Of a DNA stretch of 64,000 nt, positions 39,530 to 54,212 are shown piece after piece. The position numbers and the translations under genes were made by a program. Position 1 is the stretch's first letter, and the number at the start of each line of letters is the position of its first letter. This DNA comes from Sphagnum compactum. Taxonomy: Eukaryota. The stretch spans positions 3,472,001 to 3,536,000 of the forward strand of contig OZ234493.1 of the NCBI GenBank assembly GCA_965153455.1. Reading direction: 5' to 3'. A model generated the notes under the pieces. It did not search any database. It was not told where the DNA came from and saw only the letters and a list, made by a program, of their open reading frames with translations.

Positions 39530-40792
39530 CCTGACGAGGCCTGGGGAGGGATAAAAAAGCAGTGTTTAAAAGAATAGCATGAACATGATGATGACTCTTT
39601 TATTATGCCTCTCTCGAGCAGCACAAATTGCAAAGCAGCAACGGAGCATCGGAGAGCAAACGGGCATGTCATTTCCAACGGAGCATCAACACAAAAAGAA
39701 AAGCCTTGCAGAGCGCAAAAAACAAAGTCAACAAGAAAAGAAACAAATACTAGAGAATATGATGCAGAGAAACTTCTGCAAGTTGGAAACAGAACAGTTG
39801 TGAGGCCATGAATTCCCAGACCGCGTATTGAAGGTCAGGACACCCTCCGGAAAACAAAACTCCCAGATCACAAACCAAAGGCGGTGAAAAGCATATGAAA
39901 ACATATGCAATAGTCACAAGTAGAAACATCTTGCTATTTCTGAGGAACATGGAGAGACGGAGTATTTTACAGAGAGCCGTGTACAAAGAGACGGGCTCTC
40001 AGCAGACAAAAATGTTCTGTGTGGGATCGAACACTCAACCCCGTGTCTCCACGGAGTTCCGGCAATCTTCGCAAGTGATAAAACTATTTGTATTCCAAAG
40101 CCAACCAAAACATACTACAACAAACTACTTCTGGTGTCTGGAAACGGGAACCAAACAACAGCAACAACAGGAGCAGCAAGACAGTAAGGAACAGAAATAA
40201 CGGGCACAAAACGACGACAACAAAAGTACGAATAGGGCACGTGAAGCTACGTAAAGCTGTGACGAGTTGGAACGTCTTTGGCAGGGCTGTTGTGTATGCA
40301 GACCATCAGCGAGGCCAGATTGGCCCTAGACGACAGCAGCAGCAGCGAAAGCAATCCCATTCCCCGAGAAAAAAGAGGAAAAAAAAAAAGAAAAAAAAAC
40401 CCCAAAGGAGAGGCGGTGAAAAATCGAGTAAGACAGAAATCACAACCTGCAAGAACACGAACGGCGCCGTGACGATCTGAAAAGCAGGAGAACGCAGCAG
40501 CAGTAGTAGCAGCAGCAGACGAGACGAAGCAGCTACGATAGCAAGGGTTTGCAAAACGCAAGAGCAAATGTGCTTGTGTGCGGTGATCGTCCCTCGTTGC
40601 GCAGCGCCCAGAAAGCCAACGCTAGAGGCTGGTGGGGGCGGGAACGGCCTCCGGGTGGACGGGCACCCGGCAATGGGAGCGGGGCAACGGGCTAGGGCGA
40701 CCCGGTGTCCTTAGATAAGCCCACCCGTCACGGGAAGCGGGTGACCCGCCACAGTCTCCTGTAGCCCCCACTTTCAAATTTTTCCCGTAATT

Positions 40793-40946
40793 GAGGTCTC
40801 CAAGCAGCAAAAGCTGTATTCACATTGAGAGTCCAGGTCCCCAAACACCAAAGTGTATTCACATGGGTAAAAACGAGGTCCCCAAACACCAGAGTGTATT
40901 CACGTGGGTAAAAACGAGGTCCCCAAACACCAGAGTGTATTCACAT
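40793..40946. repeat. 41-bp tandem repeat, ~4 copies
   Basis: Unit gaggtccccaaacaccagagtgtattcacatgggtaaaaac; the first copy is degenerate. Confidence 0.88.
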
Positions 40947-41921
40947 TGGTGAGGAGTATTTTCTCGTTCTCACTTCTTCTCTCCTGCGCCTTCTCTCATA
41001 CCATTCACTTTGACAATCAACATTCAGCTGCTGATTCTCTCAGAGTGTTGATTTGCAGTCTACCTTTCCACACACAAAAATGGGGAGAAAGAGAGGAAAA
41101 AAAAAGCAGGTTTACAGCAGAAAAAGACAGAGAAGGAGAGAGCGTTTGAATCCTAAATTTTAAAAGGATCCTTTACTTGCATAATACCTTACTCTGAGAT
41201 GAAGGAGATGAAACTCTTTCAGCTCAAGCAAAGTGCTACAAAAGGGTTTTCACCCTGGTGTTTTCAACCACCAAAAACACTGCGAGTTGTTGGTGCCAGA
41301 GCAACATCCTATTCAAAACAAGACCAGACTGTTACAAGCAACATCTTAACATGACTGGGCTTTCAGTGTCGCCTTTGGGTGAGTACTATGTGAGAAGGAT
41401 GGTGTCAGTTCCTTCATGAACTGGAGCTAGCTAGTTTTTCAGGAATATTTACTAGCACACCAAAGACTTGTGATATCCACAGACAGCAACATTTGGACTA
41501 TACAAAATCCACTACTGAAGACCTGAAAATTGGTTCCCACCCCCCAGTGCCAATCCAACACCAGAATCAGTGCATGCATGTCCACTCCACAAGGATTTGC
41601 ACATGCCAAACCTGAATACAATCCTGAGCCATGCTAGTAACCTAATGTAGGATCATCCATCTGGACTGACATCTCTAACAACCAGATGCCTGTGTAGTTG
41701 GTAGTGCAGCTCGGTGTATCCAATTTGATAAATTGGGAGAAATTGCTCCAACAGATACAAAAGCAGCTGCATAACTTCAAATAACCCCCATGTGTCTGAA
41801 AGTGGCCTAACTTTCACCCATATTTTGTCATTTTTGGCAAAAGTTAATTGTCCAGATAATTAACTTTTGCCACTACAAATGGGAGGAAGAAGAGATCATA
41901 TGATGACAACAAAATCTGGAG

Positions 41922-44820
41922 CTATGAATCTGCATCTTTCCATAGACGTTCAATGCCATCCATGTGAGCCATTCCCACTACACCCACCACCTTGCCTTCA
42001 CATGCTCGGAGCCGCTTCACCATCAGCGCATCCCTCTCATGCACCATCACCTTCACCTGTACACCAACTCATCTGAGATTATTTGCCTACAGGAATAGAA
42101 GATAGGTCACCTTGGACTCTGAACAAGTGATATATAAGATCAGACTATATTAGTGAATTTGGTGTTGCAGCAGTTTATGTTCAAAGAAGGTTGATGGTAA
42201 AACTAAGCAATCATTTTTCTAGTGCAACTTTGCAGGAAGGTAACCAAAGCTAAGTGTTGACAACTTCAGACAAAGGTCATATAAAATTCTTGCTCCGTAA
42301 TCTTACATCAGTGAAATCATCACATAGGGAACAGTTAATTACTGTGTCAAAACAATTCTTCCCCTCTTCTCAGAAATCAGTCACATCATGTAACACCCTG
42401 GGACAACCTTTCCTATTTCCACCATCAATAACCTTTGAGACAATGGCTCTCCTTCATAAACTGGCCACAAGTGAAGAAAATAGAAGAGTTCAGCATCTTA
42501 CAACGTCTGGGAATGCAATTTCCATCCAACTTATGAGCTGTCTAACAGTTTCCCTTGTCTTGAGTCGTTCCACAGATCCCTGGAAGTCATTCTTCTCCCA
42601 ATCTTTGAGTATGCTTGGATAATGTTCAATATTTGGATTTGAATTTGTCATGATGATTTTGATAATATCCCGTAATGTGATAACATCTCGCAATCTCTTC
42701 ATGGTTACCTACCAAAAGCAATCCAACTGATAAGACTAATAACATTGCTTGCAATAGACAAATTACTCTTGGTCAATCAAGTCCTTCCAAGCAATTTCAA
42801 TTTAATCTATAACCAAGCATAATAACCCACAGTCCCTGAGTTACAAAATCAGCCATTCAAACACTGGAAAAACACTGCATGACACACACAAAGGATCGAC
42901 TTCAAACTCTATAACAGGCATGTCCCAATGTTGTCAGAAAATTGAAAGACCCATATAGCCACAAGACTACACAATTAAGTTCAAATTATGCAGCTTATTG
43001 CAGAAACCTTTGGCAGATGACAAAAGACTCACTTGAACTAGACAAATGCAGCTTACTGCAGAAAGCTTTGGTGGATGACAAAAGACTCACTTGGACATCC
43101 TGGTCAACATAGAGAACATTAGCATTCAACCGTTGTGCCTCCTCCATTGCTACCTGCACTACATCAAGCATCCAACTACTGAATTTGACATTAACAGACA
43201 CAAAATTGTACCTTTCTTTCAGTTTACCTTTAGTCTTCAAGGGCAAAGCTCTCTTCCCAGAGAAATATATTTTCATGTAGGAGGAAACTGTCCAAATTTA
43301 AGAACCACCATTTCTTCAGTAATTGCTTGACAACCAACTTCTTTTTCTGTTACAAATTTAGCAAAGCAACCAACAAATTGCAGCAAAATGTGAGATTGCT
43401 AAGGAGACAGAAAGAACAACCATTGAAGCCCCTTGTAAGAACCAAACAAGTTCATATCTATATAGCTCACTATACCACCCACTAAATTGTCAATTCAATG
43501 TGCAGCTTGAATGGAGACACATGATATGTTGGTTACCCTAAACTCTTTCCCAGGCTCCACACCAGTGCTGCGAATCAGCTCGTACATGGACTTGAGCCAG
43601 AAGGAAATTAGCTTCTGGTCCAGACCCCCTGGCATGTGCAGCATGTCAAGAAGCTGCTGGAAGAAACTCTTTGCCTTTGCTGATTCTCCACTCAACATCT
43701 TCTTTGCCCTCTCGGCGCATAGCTCCACCTACATAATTTCCACATGCAAAAACCACAATTGGAACTGAATTTTCAGGTATTCTCCCTGTTTCTTCCTCTT
43801 GATGTAGGCAGGTGAAGCATTACAGCAAGTTCTGTAGCTGCAGCACAACAATATACAGAAATGTCTATAATCATGGTGTAGAAAAGCAACATTCTGTGAT
43901 CAGAGAACTATATCACATCATCTCTGCAGAGAATTTTATGTAACTGTCCTACCTGAACTCAAACAGTTCTTTCAGATTTCCCTGCAACTGAGATCCAATT
44001 TATGATCTTCTGAGCACATAGTCTGATGGATTTCTGATACCTCAACTGAAGAGTATCTGCCACAAGTTCCGAGACAACAAAGATTTTATATATCTCAGCC
44101 AGAATCTGTGAAAGAGTAACCCCAGTCTGAAGATCTATGCATGCAAAAATCTGACTTTGGACTGAACTCACCGCAACAGTATCCGGCTTCACTTGGTGGA
44201 TAACCTGCAAATGCTCCACACTGCGGATTTTCAGTAATCTTCTTCATCATTGGACCAGTCTCTCAATATTATCATTGGATCTTCCAGTAGTTTCCACAGT
44301 CTTGATGCACAGAAAAAAATTCAAAAAGTCGCAGAGTTAGGGGGGCTTTGCAATCTGCAATCACAAAACCCTAGAAAAGTCTTGTATCAACTTTCTCGTC
44401 GTTTGTTAAACAGACGAGAGGCAAGAAAAACTGGTGATTTGTGGAGCTTGTGTTGGAAATGAAGAAATCAGAGTGCAAAAGAGGTTTCAGTACTGCAGTC
44501 GTTGCATCCATAACTAGATAGGTACACGGGAAAGTAAGTTTGGATGCATGGCACTATGTAGGGCAAGAAAGAGAAGAGGGGATGACAAACCGAACCTCTC
44601 GAACTTCTTCGGCGCTTTTCTCAGACACATGAGCAGTTCCAACAAGGTAGAGTTGTGCACCATTCCTGTTGTTGCGCAAATATGTCATAGAACCTTCTTC
44701 GCCCTTGCTCGCAAACGACCGCCACTGCCTTTGTGCTGAAACTCTGGATTCACCCTGCAGATGGCGCCATGTTTGCCAAGCCGCTGATCGATGCGCTCCC
44801 GCACGAAGCGGCGGCAGCAT
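41922..44820 (-). CDS. TraB-domain protein (~284 aa), exons 44820-44596, 44204-44172, 43728-43537, 43153-43091, 42708-42502, 42056-41922
   Basis: TraB/PrgY motifs LYLVGTAHVSEKSAEEVREVIHQVKPDTVAVELC, EPGKEFRVAMEEA, HERDALMV and KVVGVVGMAHMDGI. The Arg/Ser/Ala-rich N-terminus resembles a mitochondrial presequence. All introns are phase 0 GT-AG. Confidence 0.92.
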
Positions 44821-47800
44821 GATTTCTCGATTCCAGTTCCTTCTCCCTCCCTCCCTCCCTCCCTCCCGTTTCCTTCACCTCTTCGTCGCTACCGAGTCAT
44901 TCCATCACCAAAAAACAGCACTTCTCGCTCGATTCTCAACCGATTCTCGTCTCATTTGTCTTCAAACCTCTTCCGCTCTCTCTACTCTTCCCAGAACCCG
45001 AAATCTCTTCCTCTGCATCATGAACTTGATACGAAAGAAGAAGCAATTCACCTCCATCCTTCGCGTCGCCGCTGCTTTCTCGCTGCCCGCGCGTTCCCCA
45101 CCCAACTTTCTCCCACGCCCGCGCAAAAAAAAGAGGAAAACGCCCTCCGTTTCCCCGGGTTCCGGAAACTTCTCCTCCGTTCCACTTTCCCATCGCGAAC
45201 GTGGTTCCCGTCTTCACCCGGTCTCCACGACCCGTGATTATGAGGGGCGGGTATGCGTCAAAAGGAAGCAACTACGACAAAGACCAAGCAAGATCGGACC
45301 GTCACTTCTGACGGTGTGGATCAACACAACACGCCCCCCCGCTCCCTCCTCTCCCCTCCCCAGTGCCGAGTTTATTCTTGAAATTGTATATTCTTTCTTT
45401 TTCCTTTCTTTTCTTTCTTTTCTTTTCTTGCTTCATGACCCAAAAAATAACAGGCACCTATTTTTTTCTCTTGCCTGAATTTTCTTTTTCTTTTCCAATC
45501 TTTTGAATAAAGACATATAGGACACATAGGGCCTTGGGTGAACCAGCAGCACCTAAATGGTACCATGGTTAAAACCAGTCCTGGCGAGTTACCCAGGTGG
45601 GTTGGGTTATCTGAACCAAAACTGGATTGAATTTTTATTTATTTATTTATTTATTTTAATAAATTTGGTTCTGGTTTTAAGGTTTTAATGAGTTTAAGAA
45701 AAAGTTTAGGTATGAGGGAGGTTTGGGATAAAGGCATCCAAGGGAGTTCAATTCAGACTTTTTTTTTTTTTTTTTTTTTAAAATATATCGAACCTACAAA
45801 TTAGGTTTGAGACCAACCCAAACTTTTCACGTGTTTTTTTATTTGAGCTTTTTTTTTCCTTTTTTTTTTTGCATATTTTTTTTAATTTTCTCAACTTGAG
45901 ATTCATGGGGACAAGTTCAACATCAATCCAAACTTGCCATGTATCCATTGTGAAAAAAAAGTCATGGAAGAAGTTGTGTGTTAACAAACAATAAGATGAG
46001 AGTTACTTGTTTGCTAGCAAACAACTAATGAAATTAGGATTGTTCATTGACAAACATCCATTCAAAGGCAAGAACAATTAAAAGTGTTAAAATTATTTGC
46101 TAACTAACAACATAACATAAGGCTCGTGCAAGGTTCCATTGCATAAGAGAGTTAGCTTGGGAGTGTAACACGATGTCTATGGGAGGTTGTTTATTAGTGA
46201 ATAACTTGTCAAATTTGAAATCGTTTGTGCACGAACAATTGGTTGAGAAGCATAATTAACATTGAAGGCAACCAAAATGTTGATAAATGTAGATAAATTT
46301 CAAATTTTAAAAACATGTGATAGGTTTGGATTAGTCTGAAACCTAATTTGAACCTTTTTTTTTGTTCAGTTGATAAATTACAAAAAAATGAAAAATAAAA
46401 AGGAGACTTAAATTGGACCCCCTTTGACACCTTTATCTCAAAACTTCCAGTAAACCTCCCAAATTGGGAGGTTCAAAAAGTTTCATTAGTGGATGGCAAT
46501 GGAGATGGTGACTTGTCATCTCATTCCCATTATTCCCTTTATGTAATTGTTGTTATTTCAACCTTAGCTAATAGCAATGTTGTTGTTGATGTGCACCACA
46601 CTATCAACACCTCTTCAACATAGAATTCATAGTGACAACATTTCCCCTCTTGCCTTTGTAGCTCTTATTATCATAGATGGGATGCATCTAAAGACAACAA
46701 CACAAAAAAATATCAATTCTTTTTTGGATCCATTTATTTTTATCCTTTAATTTTCCTTAATAAAAGTCAAATAAACTTACTTCAAATTACTTACTTATTG
46801 TCCAAACATTTGAATACCATCTTTTGAAGATCAAGTATGATCAATTTTGAATATGAGTACATTCAGTTACACAAATCGTTTTGTGCAAGACTTTGAGCAC
46901 AAAGCATAGATTTACATGAATCATTTTCAAAACAAATGCATGTATGTGAATAGATTGGATCACAACCATTCTCTACACATGTGCAGTAAATTTGCTATTT
47001 CAAGAAAAACCAAGTTCTTCAAGTATTTTGGCAACCTTCAATACATGTTTATTTTAGTTCAAAAATATGCCCATGGACAATAATTATGCAACATGCATGG
47101 TTACCATGAAAACACAAAATTAACATAACGCCAATGACAATGTCCATAATGGATTTGAAACAAATGGAATTATAATTATTTAGTCTTCAAATTAAACTTC
47201 CTTTTATCTACAATAAAGAGTTTGCACAATCTATAAATGAAGTTGGCATCACGTAACCTCATTCCACAAGAACCACTAACAAGAAATTAGTGGGCAATGA
47301 GGAATACCAAATGTATGTGGCCACTTTGATTTGTTATCAATGTTAAATAGAACTTGCAAAAATAATTGTTTTAGCAACCAAAAGCTATATGCAAGTTTTG
47401 TGAACTTGTCACATTTTTAAGTTTTTAAACCATTTGGTGTACACAAATTTTTTCCCATACATTGTTACATGTTCATTGTTTAACGTTTTTGCCAACAAGA
47501 ATAGGCAATTCTAATTTGATATTTGATCCTTGTAACAATTAGATACACTTCTTGAACAAAAATCTAGAAACCAAATGTGCATTATATTTTTCTGTATAAA
47601 CCCACACTATGTATTTACAACCAAGTGATTCGGTGTGCTTGCATCACATTGTATTTTCTAGACCTTATTAATCTTTATTATTGTTCTCCAAATTTGTTAA
47701 GATCTTAAAAATATATCTTAGTTTATTTAGGAAAATGCCCCACCCACAAGTCTTAATTAAACATAGGCCATGCCTCAAATGAAACTGGATTTTACTTTTT

Positions 47801-50722
47801 TTTTAAAACAATATGTTAAATGTAAATTTTCAATATGTGTAAATAAAAAGAATTGCATATGGGAAAGCCATTCGATCATATGAAATATGGTGACCTTCAA
47901 TAACAAATTGTAATAATTATTAAGTTGTTTACTACCTTGTAAACTTTTGTTGGTCTATTGTGACTTTTTCTTTTATACAAGAAACAACATACAATGTACC
48001 TCATTTGATTTGATAAAGATGATTTAGGAAATCCATTAGCCTTTGATAAATCCCCATATTATTAGATTGTTCTAAAAATTTATTAAAAAACACTCCATCT
48101 TGTAATGAAATTCTCCTTATTGGTGTGTGTTAATATTAAATGCAAAAGTGTATAAAGGCATTTTTTATTCAGTATAGACTTTTTATCAAGTGTCTAAACA
48201 TTATTTTGGTACCGTCTTATTAGCCCCTTGATTGGTGGTTAATAAAAGTTTGTTCAAGACATAAAGCACTAGTAGAAAACATGGTTTCTTTGAACAGATA
48301 TTTTAGTTAGAAACAACCCCATTTAAACAACTATCAAGAAAACCTCCCATCATTTTGGACAACTTGATTTTAACATGTTTGTTATGACTAGGTGGTCATT
48401 TTTTACTCATTTTGATTGCCACTTGGTAATGAATAATTTGACTAGTCAAATTAAAATAATTTATTTTCAAAAATAAAATTACAATGGTAAATAGGTTGAA
48501 AAAGGCAGGTAGTTACCTAATAGCTTAGTGTAACTATTCAACGTAGGTCTCCTAACCTATAACTACCCAACCTCACCTAGCCTTTTAAACATAAACACAA
48601 GTTGTGCAAGTATAAAAAATTGAACCACTTACTTCCATGATGATAAACTATTCTTACCAGTGGATTTCAACTTCATTTAATTATTTTCAACTTTCTTATT
48701 TCATACACTACATATAGAAGATTTATGCAAATAGATCAAAAGGTAATTAAGAAATAATTAAGTAGGTAACTTAGTAAGTAAGAGGTGTATTATTTATTTA
48801 ACTACCTACCAACCTAACATAAACCTAATTTACCCACCCACCTACCTACTTACCATAATAGCTAACTTTAAATGACCTAGGTATCTAATATTGTACATAA
48901 GTAGGTAGGTAGGTAGGTACTTAAGTACCATGGTTACAAGTAACTAGGTGGGTAGGTAATAGGTAGCCTAGTTATCGTAATAGGTATGATGTCATTTTTG
49001 TTTGTCCAAGTTGACAAGATGTCTAATTTGATTAAAAATTCATGGGTTATTTTGGCCAAGTGTGGTTTTTTTGTTTGTCCAACTTGACCAAATGTTTTAT
49101 TTGACTAAAAACCATTGACAAAATTAACTAAGGATATTATGTTTTGTTTAACTTGATTAAATGCCCCATTTCACAAGTAGTCAAATATGTCATCATTAGT
49201 CAAATTGATCAATCAATAATTACAATGTCCATTCATATGATGGACTTTAGTCAAAATGAACATTTCACTAATAAAAACAACCAAATAATCAACTTGGAAA
49301 ATTTGAAAACTCATGATTTTTTATTAGTGAAAGAATGTAATTTTTTATAATGTATTTCAAGGGTCTAATCCCAAGGTACCATTTCCATGAATAAATTCCA
49401 TTTGTAACTACTGGATGCCTTTTTATGCAAGTTAGGTATTCCCAAAGTTAGTTTTTTTTTTCTATCACTATTGTAAAATAACAAACATATTTAGAAAAGG
49501 GTAAATATCCACATAAAATAAAAATACATATAAAAATATGTTTGCTTATAAGGATATATCTCTTCATATGTATGTGTATGCATATATGTATGCATATAAA
49601 AAAGGAAAAAATGGAAAGAGAAGGAGAGAAGAATAGAGACAAAGAAAATATGAAAAGGAAATGGGACCGCTATTAGTGGGAAGGCCCTCCTTCTTGCTTG
49701 CCCCCTATAAATTTTTCTTCTTCTTTTTTCATAAACAAAACACCTACCTCCACATTTTGAATATGCAAACTCCATTGGGGTTCAAATCCTTAGCTTAATG
49801 TAATCAATCTAGTTGATATAAGTTTTATGTTGTTTTATTTAACCATGATATAAATCCCATCTTTTGATTAAATCATGGTTTCTAAGTCCAAATTTAATAG
49901 TTTTTGGGCTAAATAGAACCATAAAACTTCCACCCAAACATGCAATGTATGTGGATTAATGTTTTTCCATTGTAATGCGACATTCATCACTCATGGGTGC
50001 TTCAAAAATGAAATAATTACAAAAGCGAGAATTTCACTTTTTGAAATGCCCATGTTAGTTTTAAAAGTTTGTTTATTGTGATATTCAAAGGGTACCCAAC
50101 TAATACCTACTTGATATCATGGTTATAAAAAATTAAAATGATGCATTGATCTGATGTCATGTAACATCTTCAACCATAAGCATTACCATAATTAGACTTG
50201 TTTTAATTTGTTTCATATGGGTTTTCATTCCAATAATGATCACAACATTAAGTGTCACGTTCCCTTACATCAAAAAGCTTCATTAAAGAAGGTGACAATA
50301 CCAATACCATTATAAGTGTTAGTTCACCCTGGCCACACACATAGGTACCTACCCTATTTGGTCAATTTTCCCATTTCAATATTTTTTCTCTTTTCCCTTT
50401 TTTGGGGTTTATGTGTGCTAGAAAATGGACTCTTGCTTTCAAGTCTTCAACTAATTTTATGTTTGTTTCTTGTGTATTTCTTTTTTTTTCTTGTTCAAAA
50501 TTTTTGCTAATAATGAAACCTTTCTTTGAAAGCTTCAAACTTTTAAATTGGTACATTTTTTCATGTTTACCTATGTCAAGGTGTTAATTTGTGCATAGTC
50601 TTATAATTTTTATGAACAAGTTGAATACCATATACCTTAATAGCTTTTATATTCATCATATTATTTTCAAAAATGTTGAAATTTTTTGACACAAAAATCT
50701 GAATTTTGTTTTTGTTAAGGAC

Positions 50723-50993
50723 CCAAGGAAATCACTTCCATTTTATTCCAAATGGCATGTAAAAAAATATAAGATGAAACTTATTGAAAAAAATAGTTTA
50801 TAATTTATTTACATGTAAATAAATTTCCTATAATTCGTTATTAAAAATATATTAAAAAGATATCTAGAGTATTTTAAAATATAAAATATTCCTATAATAT
50901 ATTTAAAATATTTCATTATTGCATGGCATATTTTTAAAAATACCTTTTTATGTTAGGTGCTTCTTAAATATATAAGGAATGATTTTCCCTTGG
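50723..50993. mobile_element. MITE, second copy of the 28747-28997 family
   Basis: TIR-like ccaaggaaatcacttcc / ggaatgattttcccttgg plus shared internal sequence. Confidence 0.6.
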
Positions 50994-51099
50994 TTAAAAA
51001 AACATTGAATCTTCAAAAATATTATGTTTTAAAATGAATTTATTATATGAAATACATGTGTTGAAATTTTCAAAATATTACAATATTTATGATGGACCC

Positions 51100-51537
51100 A
51101 ATTCATTTATTAAAGAAGACAATTTGTTTGTGTTGTTTGTTTGTCATGTTGCGATTTCCCACCTATGGTGCCTTTCATGGTGCTTTTGATACCATTGAAA
51201 ACCATATGCCACCCATCAACCTTCAATGAATAAAGGTGCATAAAATTAGTTTTCCAATGTTTAGATGTATGGTGCAAAAACTATTAATATTGAATACTTT
51301 CATCATCAAAATTGCAATATAAGTAAACTTGAAAACTTGTAGAAAATTGGGGTAAACTTTTGGTATTGTCATAAAATGTTCAATGAATATAAATTTATGG
51401 AGGTGACTTTATATTTTTTAGACATAAGATGCAATAGATAATGAATTTTGATTTATTTTTGTCATTGAAAATTCAATAAAAGTTCAATTACTTTGGTAAC
51501 AATTTCACACTTGGGCCAATGGCACAAGCCATGCTAA
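51100..51537 (+). mobile_element. Non-autonomous Helitron-like element
   Basis: 5' tcatttattaaagaag + (TTTG)n, two internal tgRta..Rt..Raaa modules, and 3' gggccaatggcacaagcc (degenerate hairpin) followed by CTAA (CTRR). Confidence 0.55.
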
Positions 51538-54212
51538 ATAACACATTACATTGTATACAACATGGCAGAATGTGAAGTTATATTTCCTTCACATGATTTT
51601 CTCATTAATTTTTTTTTTAATGAATTTCTTTTAATATATTTGTGGACTAAAGTTGATTAAAAAAACCATTAGAAATTTGAAGTATTGGGGGAGAGGACAT
51701 TTGAAAGTTTGATTTCATAATACTTAACAATGAAAAATAATGATATAAAAATTGATGTGAACTTGCAAAACTTTATTCCAAAGAAAAGAAAGGGAAACCC
51801 AAAGGAAGGGAAACAAGAGAAAGAGGCAAAATAATCTCATTGTTTGGACCAATCAAGCTTAAAACAAACTTTGTTATGCTTCATTATCAAACATAAGTAA
51901 TTGGTTAATCACCATGTTCATGAAACAAAAGTAGAAGACATCCTTTACTTATCAACCATAGATAAAATATATAAAATGCTAATGGCTGGTGAAAGGTTCA
52001 CAAGTAGTGGAAATCAAAAGGTAGTCAATCCCGTAGCTATAATTCCATTTAAGATTACGGAGGTCTATGATTTTTGAAATGCAATTGAAACCTTTTGTCT
52101 AAAATAAGTGGTTAGGACTTAGGACCAAGAATGGGGGACCTTCGGAAATAGCCTTTCATTCCCCACATATTGTTGACACAAAGTTTTGAAAAATCATAAG
52201 GTAGTTGTAATGCTAGGAATTTAAACAATGTGGGAACTAAAGAAGGAAAGCCTATTAAATGAGTGTCATCATCGATGGTTGGGATTTAAACATAAAGGAA
52301 ATTGAGGTATGGTATAGCAAAAAGGTCCAAAATGGGCTAAGGCAAACAAAGGTCCATCAAGGGGTTCACCTTGGTGGGTATACATGGCTAAATGGATGAT
52401 AATGACTTCACTTTCTAGGTTATTGTGGCTATATAAAAGAAGAGGTTCAAAGAACATAAAAATTACAAATGAAAGGCAATAATTGAAGCAATGTCATTTC
52501 TATCAACTCCTAGTTTTTGAAACATTATATGTCATAACAGAAAGTTTAATGCATTCATCACATTAATTTATAAGATGATTCAATCAAGATGGAGATCAAG
52601 GGTGCATATAATGCCATGAATCATTATTTCACATCTTCCTTTTGTCATGACACTAAATTGGTGAAAGGAAAAATGTGTTGAAAATGAAATGCAAAATAGA
52701 AGACATCTGGTGCTATTAACGAAGTGATATAAGGATTTTACAACATCAATTGGACAAAACCTCACCAAAAGGTTTGGCCATGGTTAGGAGACATGTTGCT
52801 CCAAAGACATGAGTAATGTGCCAATGGATATGCCCATGTGCAATATGTGAACAAATGTATAATAGCTTGGGAGAACCAATTGCAAAATCTTCTAAATGAA
52901 AACAATCATGCAAAAGTTCAAATATCATAGTAGAAGGACCATTAGTTGAAAGGATTAAAAGTTGATTTGAATTAATTGAAAGAAAGGTTGAAATCATCAT
53001 CCAATTCATAAATCTTCAATGAAAAGGGGAAGAATTCCATTCAATTTGAAATGAAACACTTTGAAGACCTAAGTGGTTTCAAAAGAAAGTAGGGTTGGAA
53101 AAGAGTGCTATTGCCTACACACACAAGAGATTGTTTGTCAACAACTTGTTGTGAGGCAACCAAGTCCCTACATGTTGCATGCATGGACAACTTTTTAGAA
53201 ATTTTTGTATTTAAACTTGCTGAAATCTTCTGCACATGAAGATCTCCTCCCTAGAAATCCAATGGGGCAAAAGACACTTGACCCCAACATCGTATGAACA
53301 AGTAATGAATTTTAAAACTCAAACATAAAACATAAAACTCAAAAATTATTTTAATCGTCTCAAGTTCAATTCCTCAAATTTGCACAAAAATCATAGTTCC
53401 TCAAGAGAAAGAAGGGTCGAAGAAGAAATGGCGCACCAAGTTTAGCACATAGAAAGAAGGAGATGGAGAAAAGCTCAAAGAGCGGGAGTTCGAAAAGAAG
53501 AGGATTTTTTGCCATTAGGAGTGCAAGAAACATGTTTGGAAGTTTGGATGAAGATGGTTCTCCGGGATTTGATGCAAAAGGTAAAATGAATGAATTAGTG
53601 CAATCAAGCAAACGGAGAAAGCATTACGCAACGAATGAATTCATGCAATTGATGAAACCGAAAAAAAGAAATGGATGACTCGTGCAATCAACGTGCGCGC
53701 GCGGGCGGGCGGACGCGCGCTGACGGAAGGGGGGGAGGAGAAGAGCGTTCGGGAATGGGAAGAAGAACTCGGTGGTCGACTGATTGATTGCAGTCTGATT
53801 GCACCAATTTGTTGTCAGTAATAAAGTGGGTGGCTGGCAGATTGTCTGGCTTGCCGCTGGCAATAGATTTTTGCAATAGAAAAAAAAAAAAAAAAAAAAA
53901 AACCATGATGATCTCTGTTTAGTAGCAAAAACATTTTGTAAGTTAGCAGAAGAGGGATGTAGAATGTAGTGCATTTTTGTATGATCCTCGATCTCCTTGT
54001 TTTGTTTTCTTACGAGATAGAAAAAGAACTGAGTGGTGAGAAACTGAACTAGAGAAAGAGCTTGTGGGTTTTGTTTGTGGGTTTTGTGGGTTGTGTGCTT
54101 TTGCTTTTCTTTCTGTGGGTGAGTTTGCTTGTTTGTTTTGTTTTGCGCAGGTTGAAGGACAGGAGGAGAAGAAGGCAGGGGTTTTTTGTGGGTTGTTTTG
54201 TTTTCGGGAAGA

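Noticed and set aside
44669..45478. 269-aa ORF on the + strand
   Set aside because: Antisense to the TraB first exon and promoter, low-complexity, non-ATG start, no recognisable domain.
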